From Candidatus Krumholzibacteriia bacterium (GTDB taxonomy: Bacteria; Krumholzibacteriota; Krumholzibacteriia; WVZY01; JAKEHA01), in contig JAICFA010000002.1 of NCBI GenBank assembly GCA_025923935.1, positions 1-41,213 of the forward strand: DNA of 41,213 nt, read 5' to 3'. Within the stretch, counting starts at the first letter, position 1; the number at the start of each line of letters is the position of its first letter. A program made the position numbers and the translations under genes. Positions 10,112 to 18,580 of this stretch are shown here, in pieces. A model generated the notes under the pieces. The model saw nothing but the letters and a program-made list of their open reading frames with translations. It searched no databases and had not been told where the DNA came from.

Positions 10112-11752
10112 CTACTCCCCGCCCCGTTCCAGCACGGTGTCGCGCAAGAAATGCGCGTCGTCGCGGTCGGGATACGTCTCGGTGTAGTGCAGGCCGCGGC
10201 TCTCCTTGCGCAAGAGCGCCGAGCGCACTACCAGCCGTCCCACTTCGATGATGTTGCGCAGCTCGAGCAGGTCCTGGTTGACGCGGCTTTTTCGATACAC
10301 CGATTCCACGGTAGCGGCCAGCGACGAGAGGCGCTCGGTGGCGATGGTCAGGCGTTGGTCGCTGCGCACGATGCCGACATAGTCCCACATCACGCGGCGC
10401 GCTTCGTCCCAGTCGTGCTCGAGCACCATGGGGTCGGGTGCGACGTGGCCGCGCGGTGCTTCCCACGGTTGGACGGCGGGCAGCGTCACCGTGTCGACAT
10501 TCTCCAGCACACCGTCGTAGGCGCGTTCCGCGAACACCAACGCCTCCAACAGCGAGTTGCTGGCGAGCCGGTTTGCTCCGTGCAAGCCGGTATGGCTCAC
10601 CTCTCCGATCGCAAACAAGTTCTCGATGGACGAGCGGCCGCGCGCGTCGACGTCGATCCCACCGCAGAAGTAGTGGGTGGCGGGAACCACCGGGATCGGC
10701 TCGCGGCGCGGATCGATGCCAAAGTCGAGACAGCGCTCCAGAATGCTGGGGAAGCGCCGCTCGATCATGCCGCTCGGCAGCTGGGTCACGTCCAAGTAGA
10801 CACACGGCGCGGCCGTCTTCTTCATCTCGCTGTCGATGGCGCGCGCCACGATGTCGCGCGGTGCGAGCTCGCCGCGCGCGTCGTACGCGTCCATGAAGCG
10901 CGCACCGGCCGCGTCGATCAATCGACCACCTTCGCCGCGCAGCGCTTCGGTCAGCAAGAAGGACTTCGCGCGCGGATGGTACAGACAGGTGGGATGAAAC
11001 TGCACGAACTCGAGGTTTGCAATCCGCGCGCCCGCGCGATGCGCCATGGCGACACCGTCGCCGGTGGCAATATCGGGATTGGTGGTGTAGCGGTAAACCT
11101 TGCCCGCGCCACCGGTGGCAAGCACGGTGCGTTTGGCGACGAAGGCTCGCACCTCACCGGTGGCCGCGTCGAGCGCGTACGCGCCCCACACGCCGCGGAC
11201 GTTCGCGCGCTCCACGTGGCGCGGACCGATGAGATCGATTGCCATGTGGTACGGATGCACATCGATGCGCTCGTGGTCGAGCACCGCGTCGAGCAAATGC
11301 GTCTCGATCTCGCGACCCGTGTGGTCGGCGTTGTGAACGATGCGGTGGCGCGAATGTCCCCCCTCCAACCCCAGCGCCAACTGGCCGCCTTGCGTGGTGA
11401 ACGCCACCCCCAGCGACTCCAAGTCGCGGATGCGGGCGGGTCCGTCGCGCACCACCATCTCGACGATTTCGCGCCGGCACAGCCCTGCTCCCGCGGCCAG
11501 AGTGTCCTGCACGTGGAGGTCGAAGCTGTCGTCCTCGCCGAGCACACTCGCTACCCCGCCCTGGGCATAGTTGGTGTTGGAGTCCTCGAGTGCTTTCTTG
11601 GTGACCAGGGTGACCCGGCCGCGCTCGGCGAGGTTCAAGGCGAGAGAGAGCCCCGCGATGCCCGAGCCGATGATGAGGAAGTCGGTGTGAATCACTGCCT
11701 GGCTGGCTGCAAACGTGGGTCGGTACGCGAGATGAACGGGCGACGAGGCCAT
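10112..11752 (-). CDS. nadB: L-aspartate oxidase
   Basis: ORF 10112..11983 trimmed to ATG 11752, with an alternative GTG at 11695. FAD motif DFLIIGSGIAGLSLA and ALRGEGG are present. The stop lies 1 nt before the methyltransferase ATG. Confidence 0.9.
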   Translation of the reverse strand: MASSPVHLAYRPTFAASQAVIHTDFLIIGSGIAGLSLALNLAERGRVTLVTKKALEDSNTNYAQGGVASVLGEDDSFDLHVQDTLAAGAGLCRREIVEMVVRDGPARIRDLESLGVAFTTQGGQLALGLEGGHSRHRIVHNADHTGREIETHLLDAVLDHERIDVHPYHMAIDLIGPRHVERANVRGVWGAYALDAATGEVRAFVAKRTVLATGGAGKVYRYTTNPDIATGDGVAMAHRAGARIANLEFVQFHPTCLYHPRAKSFLLTEALRGEGGRLIDAAGARFMDAYDARGELAPRDIVARAIDSEMKKTAAPCVYLDVTQLPSGMIERRFPSILERCLDFGIDPRREPIPVVPATHYFCGGIDVDARGRSSIENLFAIGEVSHTGLHGANRLASNSLLEALVFAERAYDGVLENVDTVTLPAVQPWEAPRGHVAPDPMVLEHDWDEARRVMWDYVGIVRSDQRLTIATERLSSLAATVESVYRKSRVNQDLLELRNIIEVGRLVVRSALLRKESRGLHYTETYPDRDDAHFLRDTVLERGGE

Positions 11753-12001
11753 GCTAGGCAACCGGCCGCCGGATTGCAACTGCGAAGCCCGCCGTGCGGC
11801 AGTTTGCATCCGTGACCGTAGGCCGATTCTTTGCGCCCGCCAGCGAAGGCCGGACCGATGCGCTAAGTGGCTTTGGAGCTTATAATTGGGATGGCCGGCC
11901 GGTTGCGGGCGCTGGCATAGGGGTTGCGTATGGGTCGTCGGAAGTACCCGAGCGACTTCGGAATTTCTCAAAAAGGAACTCATTCAGGAGGTAGGTGCGT
12001 C

Positions 12002-12544
12002 ATGCACAAGCGTCATTCGGTAAGCGTCGCTGCGTCAGCCGCGTTGCTGCTCTTCGCGGCGATTGGATTCGTCGGCTGCGACGACACGGACGAAGAGGGA
12101 CGCGTCACCGTCAACGTCACTCTCAATGAGGGAGGTCCCATCGAGAGCGACGTCACCGACGGTGGTGTGATATTCGAAGACTTCATCCCCGCCGATTTTT
12201 GGCTCAGACCGTTCAACGAGTTCATTACCGCTCCGCGCGGCGACGTGATCGTCGAGAGGTATCGCGTGACGTGGGTACGCACCGACGGCGGCAGCGGCAC
12301 GCTTTCGCCGCACGAAGAGGAAGTTAATATCTATTTGCCGATCGACGCGAGCATGCCGATCGGGTCGGTGGTGCGCTTGGTGACCTGGGCGGACAAGACC
12401 GGGCCGATCCTCGCGCCGCTTGCTGGCACCACCAACACCATCGTGATGCAGGTGACCGTCGAGTTCACGTGCCGCGAACCGGGCACGACCTCGGAGATCA
12501 AGACGCAGGCTTCGGCTACGGTCCACTTCGCCGACACGCTCTAG
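12002..12544 (+). CDS. Predicted lipoprotein, unknown function (180 aa)
   Basis: ORF 11924..12544 trimmed to ATG 12002, 10 nt after AGGAGG (11986-11991). Signal peptide with lipobox MHKRHSVSVAASAALLLFAAIGFVGC. The mature part is beta-rich and acidic. Followed by an intrinsic terminator. Confidence 0.7.
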   Translation: MHKRHSVSVAASAALLLFAAIGFVGCDDTDEEGRVTVNVTLNEGGPIESDVTDGGVIFEDFIPADFWLRPFNEFITAPRGDVIVERYRVTWVRTDGGSGTLSPHEEEVNIYLPIDASMPIGSVVRLVTWADKTGPILAPLAGTTNTIVMQVTVEFTCREPGTTSEIKTQASATVHFADTL

Positions 12545-12595
12545 CATTCGATTCGTCCGAGGCCAGCTCGGGCTTGAACCTCCTGGACGAACGGC

Positions 12596-12630
12596 GAGCG
12601 CCGCAGACATCTGCGGCGCTCGTTTTTTTT
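12596..12630 (+). terminator. Rho-independent terminator of the lipoprotein gene; the hairpin is shared with convergent lpxK
   Basis: GAGCGCCGCAG (12596-12606), loop ACAT, CTGCGGCGCTC (12611-12621), then G plus T8 (12623-12630). The lpxK stop codon (12629-12631) lies in the T-run. Confidence 0.8.
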
Positions 12631-13672
12631 ACGGCAAGAGCCACGTGTCGACGTCGCCCTCGCCCACCAGCTCGACGTCGAGGCGTGCGATCCACACCGC
12701 CGCGCTCTCCCAATCGAAGCGGTAGAGCTTCACCCAGTCCTTCTCCGTAGTGACGATGGCACGCGTGCCAGCGCGCTCGCGAATGCGGCGCGCATCGCGC
12801 TCGAGATAGCGGTAATGGTCGCGATATGCCAGCACGTCGCTCGCGTGCACGCCGGCGGTCGCCAGCGAGTCGCGAAAATCGTCGGGGCGGGCGATGCCGG
12901 CGACGAGCAGCGCATCGCGGGGACGTTGGCGCGCGGATGGTGTCCCGGGGAGCAACGTCACGCGACGCTGGAGCCCATAGATGAGTTGGCCGGGTCGAAG
13001 GTGGGCGGCCACGCAACGGCGCGCCTCTTCGGTCGCGGCGAGGTCGGCGGCACCGTTGAACACCACGATGTCGGCTCGCGCGAGCGCGGCGGGCGGCTCG
13101 CGCAGCGGCCCGGCCGGCAGCAAGCGACCGTTGCCGAGCGGACGCCGTGCATCCAGCATGACCACGTCGACGTGGCGCGCGAGCCCGAAGGTTTGCAAGG
13201 CGTCGTCGACCACCACGACGTCGAGCGCCATGATCGCGGCGGCTTCGACGGCGCGTCTTTTATCGCGCGCCACCAAGAGATTCGCGCCGGAGGCACGCTG
13301 TGCGACTACGGCCGCTTCATCGCCGACCGTGTCGGCCAAGTCCGCCGCGCGCGCGACGACCCGCAAGCCGGCAAAGGAGCCGGGCGCACCGGCCTTCTCG
13401 GCCGGCACCCACGTAATCGCCGGACCGCGCTCGGCGGCACCGGCGAATCCCCGGCTTGCGTACGCAACCGACTTCCCCGCGGCCAGCACGCGCTCGACCA
13501 GCCACAACGCCATCGGCGTCTTTCCGCTTCCGCCCACGGTTAGATTTCCCACCGACACGACGCGCGGACGGGCACGCCCCGGTTTGCCCGCGCGGCGCGC
13601 GCGCACCACGGCGACACCGCCTCGGTAAAGCCACGCCACCGGCTGCAAGAGGGGGATGCCTTCGCCCATCAT
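12629..13672 (-). CDS. lpxK: Tetraacyldisaccharide 4'-kinase
   Basis: ORF 12629..13873 trimmed to ATG 13672 (MMGEGIPLLQPVAWLY). P-loop is VGNLTVGGSGKTPMALWL. It is the last gene of the lipid A array. Confidence 0.85.
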   Translation of the reverse strand: MMGEGIPLLQPVAWLYRGGVAVVRARRAGKPGRARPRVVSVGNLTVGGSGKTPMALWLVERVLAAGKSVAYASRGFAGAAERGPAITWVPAEKAGAPGSFAGLRVVARAADLADTVGDEAAVVAQRASGANLLVARDKRRAVEAAAIMALDVVVVDDALQTFGLARHVDVVMLDARRPLGNGRLLPAGPLREPPAALARADIVVFNGAADLAATEEARRCVAAHLRPGQLIYGLQRRVTLLPGTPSARQRPRDALLVAGIARPDDFRDSLATAGVHASDVLAYRDHYRYLERDARRIRERAGTRAIVTTEKDWVKLYRFDWESAAVWIARLDVELVGEGDVDTWLLP

Positions 13673-13692
13673 TTGCTGTTCCCCATGCGACT

Positions 13693-14352
13693 TCACCCTG
13701 CGTCCCCCCGCATCTCGCGGTCGCACGCTTCGGTCATCGAGCGCAACACGGCTTCGAGCTGGAGGCGAGCCGCTTCCTGCGCCTCGCGGTCGGCGTCGGC
13801 GGCAACTCGTACGGGCGGGCCGTACTCCGCCAGCACGCGCGTGAACGGTCGCGGCAGCTCGAACGCATCCCACGAGCGGAAGGTACGATGACTGCGCGAC
13901 GCCGTTGTGAGCGGAACGATGGCGGCACCGGTGATCTTGGCCACCTCCACCACGCCGGGTTTGACTTGAAAACGCGGGCCCCTGGGTCCGTCGACGGTCA
14001 CCGCCACGTCGTAGCCCGCACGCACGGAATCGGTGAGGGCGAGAATCGCTTTGGTACCGCCGCGCGTGCTCGACCCGCTCACGTGTTCAACGCCCAAGTA
14101 GCCGATCGTGCGCGCCAATAGCTCGCCGTCGTGATGCTCGCTGGCGAGCACTCGGATGCGCGCGCGATCGCTGCGATGCACGTGCAGAAGAGGCAGCATG
14201 CGGCCGTGCCAGAAGGCAAATACCACCCGCGTATTCGAGCGGCGGGCGTCCTCCAGGTGTTCCTGGCCGCGCACGGTGATGCGCCAGGTCGCCGAGAGCA
14301 TGCTGATCACCGCGGCCCCGATGGGAGGGACAAGAACTAGCGACGATTTCAT
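13693..14352 (-). CDS. DUF374-family protein (LpxJ-like putative lipid A late acyltransferase)
   Basis: ORF 13693..14352. ATG forms an ATGA overlap with the lpxB stop. The sequence VVFAFWHGRMLPL...VTVDGPRGPRFQVKPGVVEVAKITGAAIVP looks like DUF374. The link to LpxJ comes from the literature and the genomic context. Confidence 0.7.
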   Translation of the reverse strand: MKSSLVLVPPIGAAVISMLSATWRITVRGQEHLEDARRSNTRVVFAFWHGRMLPLLHVHRSDRARIRVLASEHHDGELLARTIGYLGVEHVSGSSTRGGTKAILALTDSVRAGYDVAVTVDGPRGPRFQVKPGVVEVAKITGAAIVPLTTASRSHRTFRSWDAFELPRPFTRVLAEYGPPVRVAADADREAQEAARLQLEAVLRSMTEACDREMRGDAG

Positions 14353-15458
14353 GCGCGCGCGCTCCGCCGCGCCAAGGCGAGCGCCAGCTCCGCCACGCGC
14401 TCGGCCCCGCCACCACCGGCGAGTGAGGTCCGCAGCTCGCGAAATCGCCGCAGCATGGCCTCACGACGCGGCTCGTCTTCCGCGATGTCCAAGAGGGTAC
14501 GCGCCACGGCCGGCGCGCGCGCCTCGTCTTGCACGAGCTCGGGTGCCACGCGCTCGCCCAGGAGCACGTTGACCAACCCGATGTTCTCGATAGTGACCAT
14601 ACGGCGCGCCAACGCGTAGTTGATGGCGGTGGTTCGATAAACGACGACCAGCGGGGTTTCCAACAATGCCGACTGTAGCGTCGCGGTGCCCGAGGCCACC
14701 ACCGCCGCGCGTGCGCCCGACAACGCCGCCACCGCGTCGGGCTCGAGGCGCGCATCGCATGCGCGCAGCGCGTGCGCATAATTCTCTTCATCGACCACCG
14801 GGCTCTTGGCAATTACGAACCGGGTTCCGGGTCGTGCGCGGGCGATTTCCTGCGCCGCCGCGGTGATGACGGGAAGCATCTGCCGGACTTCCGTTGGCCG
14901 GCTTCCCGGCAGGAGTGCAATGCCATCGCGATGCGCTTGCGGGGTCGGGTCGGGCAGCTCGTGGTCGACGATGAACGGATGTCCGACGAACTCGACGGGA
15001 ATTCCAGCGCGGCGATAGATTTCGGTTTCGAAAGGCAAGACGACGGCCACGTGGTCGACGCACTGCTGCATGCGCCCCACCCGCTTCGCCCCCCACGCCC
15101 ACACCTGCGGCGCAATGTAGTAGAGAACGGGAACGCCGCGACGCTTGGCGTACTCGCACAGGCGCAAGTTGAGACCGGGATAGTCGACCGCGATGAAGAG
15201 TGCGGCGCGGTCGATGAGCGCTTTCATGGCGCGCTCGAGGCGGTAAAACTTGGGCAGTGCGGCCACCACCCCGGTGAATCCGATGACGGCGTAGTCGCGG
15301 TGGTGGTAGCGAACATCCATGCCGGCGGCCGCGCAGTGCGCCCCGCCCATGCCGGCGACACTGGCACCGCCGGCGCGCAGCGCGCGCACCACGTGCGCGG
15401 CGTGCATGTCGCCTGACAGCTCGCCGGCGCACAGCACGATGCCGGTCGAGTGCTTCAT
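14349..15458 (-). CDS. lpxB: Lipid-A-disaccharide synthase
   Basis: ORF 14349..15722 trimmed to ATG 15458 (MKHSTGIVLCAGELSGDMHAAHVVRAL), 4 nt after the upstream stop. GT19-like throughout. Confidence 0.9.
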   Translation of the reverse strand: MKHSTGIVLCAGELSGDMHAAHVVRALRAGGASVAGMGGAHCAAAGMDVRYHHRDYAVIGFTGVVAALPKFYRLERAMKALIDRAALFIAVDYPGLNLRLCEYAKRRGVPVLYYIAPQVWAWGAKRVGRMQQCVDHVAVVLPFETEIYRRAGIPVEFVGHPFIVDHELPDPTPQAHRDGIALLPGSRPTEVRQMLPVITAAAQEIARARPGTRFVIAKSPVVDEENYAHALRACDARLEPDAVAALSGARAAVVASGTATLQSALLETPLVVVYRTTAINYALARRMVTIENIGLVNVLLGERVAPELVQDEARAPAVARTLLDIAEDEPRREAMLRRFRELRTSLAGGGGAERVAELALALARRSARA

Positions 15459-15462
15459 AGGG

Positions 15463-16437
15463 TTAGACGCGAGCGCGTCCCACTCGCTCGAGGATGGTAG
15501 TGGCGAGGCGCATCGCTTCCAAGCCGTCTTCGCCGGTAACCGGGGGTGCGGTGCGCGTGTCCAGCGCCGCGCAAAACGCCTCCAGCTCCTTATGCAGGGG
15601 TTCGACGCCGTCGCCGCGCAGCTGCTCCACCCTGACCATGTCGGCCAAACCGACGGTAGCCCCGCTGCGCAGTGCCGCGAGCTGCTCGGAGAGCTTGGGT
15701 CCCTTGCGATAGTGCGTGGCAACTCCCGCGAGCAAGTCGATGGAGAAATAACCGGCTTCGGAAAAGACGCGCACTTTGCGCATGGGTGCCGCGGTCACAC
15801 GGCTCGCGGTGACGTTGGCCACGCACCCGCCGTCGTATTCCAAGCGCGCGTTTACGATGTCGGGCTCGTCGGTGATGATGGCGGCTCCCTTCGCGCGCAC
15901 CTCCACGGGCCGCGCGCCCACCAACAGACCGAGCAGGTCGAGGTCGTGGATCATGAGGTCCATCACCACCGAGACGTCGGCGCCGCGAATGGTGAAGGGA
16001 GCGAGGCGGTGAACTTCGATGAACAGGGGCGACTCGATACGCGAGAGGACGGCCTGGATAGCGCCGTTGAAGCGCTCGATGTGCCCCACCTGGAGAATGC
16101 GCCCGGCCGAGCGCGCGGCACTCACCACCGCTTCCCCGTCGGCGAGACGGCTGGTGATGGGTTTCTCGACGAAGACGTCCTTGCCCGCGGCGATAGCAGC
16201 TAGTGCCACCGCGGCGTGCGCCGACGTCGTCGTCACCACCACCACGGCGTCTACCGCGGGGAACATCGCTTCCAGGGAATCGAACGGTGTGGCGCCGAAC
16301 TCGGCCGCCACCTCGCGCGCGCGCGCGGAATCGACGTCGAAGCACGCGACGTGCTCGACGGCGGGCAAAGAACGCAGCACGCGCACGTGGGCGCGCCCCA
16401 AGCGGCCCGTGCCCGCGACTCCGACCCGCAGTCCCAC
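15463..16437 (-). CDS. Gfo/Idh/MocA family NAD(P)-dependent oxidoreductase (GnnA-like candidate)
   Basis: ORF 15463..16437 with GTG start 3 nt after the lpxA stop. N-terminal Rossmann motif VGVAGTGRLGRAHV, then EKP and QVGHIERFN motifs typical of the family. Confidence 0.85.
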   Translation of the reverse strand: MGLRVGVAGTGRLGRAHVRVLRSLPAVEHVACFDVDSARAREVAAEFGATPFDSLEAMFPAVDAVVVVTTTSAHAAVALAAIAAGKDVFVEKPITSRLADGEAVVSAARSAGRILQVGHIERFNGAIQAVLSRIESPLFIEVHRLAPFTIRGADVSVVMDLMIHDLDLLGLLVGARPVEVRAKGAAIITDEPDIVNARLEYDGGCVANVTASRVTAAPMRKVRVFSEAGYFSIDLLAGVATHYRKGPKLSEQLAALRSGATVGLADMVRVEQLRGDGVEPLHKELEAFCAALDTRTAPPVTGEDGLEAMRLATTILERVGRARV

Positions 16438-16440
16438 GCG

Positions 16441-17235
16441 TTACTTGGTGATGCCGCGCTCGCAGTGACGGAGGAACTGGGCCATTTCGGCAGCGTCGGC
16501 GCTATCCCAATCGTCGCCGTCCAGCGTCTCCAGCACCTGCGTCACGTTGAGTTCACTGCGATAAAGGAGCTTGTAGATGGCCTTCACGTGCGCGCGGCGC
16601 TCGGAGTCGAAGCCGCGGCGCTCGAGGCCGATGGAGTTGAGACCGTAGATCTGCGGCGGGTTCCCCGCCAGCTTGATGAAGGGCGGGACGTCGCGTTCGA
16701 TGCGGCTGCCGCCACCGATGAACGCGTATTTGCCGATGCGAACGAACTGGTGCACCGGGGTCATTCCGCCGACCGTGACGAAATCTCCAATCGACACGTG
16801 GCCGGCCAGATTGACGGCATTGGCCAGGATCACTTCGCTGCCGATGACACAGTTGTGCGCCACGTGCACGTAGGCCATGAGCAGGCACTTGCTGCCGATG
16901 ACGGTGCTCTCACCCTCGCCCGTGGCGAGATTGAGGGTGACGAATTCACGGAAGACATTGTCGTCGCCAATCACCAGGTGCGACGTCTCGCCGCGGTACT
17001 TGAGGTCCTGGGGTGCGGTACCCACACTGGCGCCGTGGAAGAACTTGTTATTGCGGCCGATCTTGGTGGCACCTTCGATGAGCACGTTACTAGAGATCTC
17101 GCACTCGTCGCCGATTTCGACGTTTTCGCCGATGACGGTATACGGTCCGATCTTGACGCCTTCGCCGATGCGCGCCCACGGATGTATGACGGCGGTCGGA
17201 TGGATCTCGGTTTTCTTGAGAATGTGTGTGCGCAC
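16441..17235 (-). CDS. lpxA: Acyl-ACP--UDP-N-acetylglucosamine O-acyltransferase
   Basis: ORF 16441..17235 with GTG start. Hexapeptide-repeat N-domain (IHPTAVIHPWARIGEGVKIGPYTVIGENVEIG) and a helical C-domain. 264 aa. Confidence 0.92.
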   Translation of the reverse strand: MRTHILKKTEIHPTAVIHPWARIGEGVKIGPYTVIGENVEIGDECEISSNVLIEGATKIGRNNKFFHGASVGTAPQDLKYRGETSHLVIGDDNVFREFVTLNLATGEGESTVIGSKCLLMAYVHVAHNCVIGSEVILANAVNLAGHVSIGDFVTVGGMTPVHQFVRIGKYAFIGGGSRIERDVPPFIKLAGNPPQIYGLNSIGLERRGFDSERRAHVKAIYKLLYRSELNVTQVLETLDGDDWDSADAAEMAQFLRHCERGITK

Positions 17236-17266
17236 CGTAGTGCTCCCTTACTGTTTACGTACCTTG

Positions 17267-18580
17267 TCAACGCTCCACGATGACGGAAGACAGTTCGGCC
17301 TCTGCCGCCAGCTTGCCGTCAACGTAGGCGAACCCTTGCATGGTACAGAGTCCTCTCCGCAGCGACTTCATCTCCAGCTCGAACCGGAGTTGGTCGCCGG
17401 GCAGGACGGGGCGGCGAAACTTCGCTTTGTCGACGCGCGTGAAATACACCAAGTACTTCTTAGGATCGTCGACGGTGTTCAGCAGCATGACTCCACCCGT
17501 CTGTGCCATCGCTTCGATGATGAGCACGGCGGGCATGATCGGATGTCCGGGAAAATGTCCGTTGAAGAACGGCTCGTTGATGGTGACGTTCTTGATCCCC
17601 ACCACGCGCTTGCGGTCTTCCAGCTCGATGATGCGGTCGACGAGGAGGAAGGGATAGCGGTGCGGCATGATCGCTTGGATCAGATTGATGTCCCAGACAC
17701 CCGCTTCCGAGGCGGCAGCGCCGCGCTTCCTGCTCTGGTGCATCTCCCATAGTTTGCGCACGAAACGCACGTTGGCCGCGTGTCCCGAGCGCACCGCGTG
17801 CACGTGGCCGCGAATGGGTGCCCCCAACAACGACAGGTCGCCGATCAAATCGAGGATCTTGTGGCGTACGCACTCGTCGGGAAAGCGCAGCGACTCCTCG
17901 TTCATGACGCCATCGGGCGTGAAGACGATCGCGTTGCCGAGGTTCCCGCCCTTGATCAGCCCCTGTTTGCGCAGCTTGTCGACGTCGTCGAGCATTACGA
18001 AGGTACGCGCGGGAGCGATTTCTTTCTCGAACACTTCGGGCGAGACGGTGAAGCTCGCGTACTGTGTCCCGATCTGCGGGTTGTCGTACTGAATGGTGAA
18101 GCTCACACGAAAGTCGTCCGCCGGCACGGCGTTGATCTCGACACCGTTCTCCTTGAGCGTCACCGCGCGGTCGATGGTGAACACGTCGGCCGGAGCACCT
18201 TGGTTGACGGTGCCGGCATCCTCGAAGGCGCGCACGTACGCGGCATACGTCCCGCTGGCGGGCTCGGGCGGCTCGTTGGCGTCGATCTCGATGATCAAGT
18301 TATCGATGCCGAGGCCGTAGCAGGTCGCCAGCACGTGCTCGACGGTATGGACTTCGGCCGTGCCGCTGGAAACGGTGGTGTTGCGAAAGGAAGTCCCGTC
18401 CGGGGGAATGCTGGTCACCACGGCGGGAATCTCGATCGCCGGCTTCAGATCGACGCGCAGAAACTTGATGCCGGTTCCCGCGGGTGCGGGCTTGACCCGC
18501 ATCTTGACCGTGTTACCGGTGTGAAGCCCCAGCCCCTCGATGACGAACTCTTTCGCGATGGTTCGTTGCTGGCGGATCAC
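17267..18580 (-). CDS. lpxC/fabZ: Bifunctional UDP-3-O-acyl-GlcNAc deacetylase / 3-hydroxyacyl-ACP dehydratase (LpxC-FabZ fusion)
   Basis: ORF 17267..18580. GTG start forms a GTGA overlap with the lpxD stop. The N-terminal half is LpxC-like ([16 protein letters not shown]). The C-terminal half is FabZ-like ([36 protein letters not shown]). Confidence 0.92.
   Translation of the reverse strand: MIRQQRTIAKEFVIEGLGLHTGNTVKMRVKPAPAGTGIKFLRVDLKPAIEIPAVVTSIPPDGTSFRNTTVSSGTAEVHTVEHVLATCYGLGIDNLIIEIDANEPPEPASGTYAAYVRAFEDAGTVNQGAPADVFTIDRAVTLKENGVEINAVPADDFRVSFTIQYDNPQIGTQYASFTVSPEVFEKEIAPARTFVMLDDVDKLRKQGLIKGGNLGNAIVFTPDGVMNEESLRFPDECVRHKILDLIGDLSLLGAPIRGHVHAVRSGHAANVRFVRKLWEMHQSRKRGAAASEAGVWDINLIQAIMPHRYPFLLVDRIIELEDRKRVVGIKNVTINEPFFNGHFPGHPIMPAVLIIEAMAQTGGVMLLNTVDDPKKYLVYFTRVDKAKFRRPVLPGDQLRFELEMKSLRRGLCTMQGFAYVDGKLAAEAELSSVIVER

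Noticed and set aside
11771-11811. Imperfect hairpin (about 12 bp with two bulges) in the nadB leader, considered as a possible NAD-sensing riboswitch (nadA motif).
   Set aside because: I cannot match it to the conserved nucleotides of any riboswitch class from memory. There is a single stem only, and GC-rich intergenic DNA forms such stems by chance. A covariance-model (Rfam) scan of 11753-12001 would settle it.
11881-11886. TATAAT hexamer in the nadB/lipoprotein divergent region.
   Set aside because: There is no acceptable -35 at 16-18 nt (TTGGAG is only 1 nt away), and it lies 115 nt from the lipoprotein ATG. It may still be a -10 or extended element, but the evidence is insufficient.
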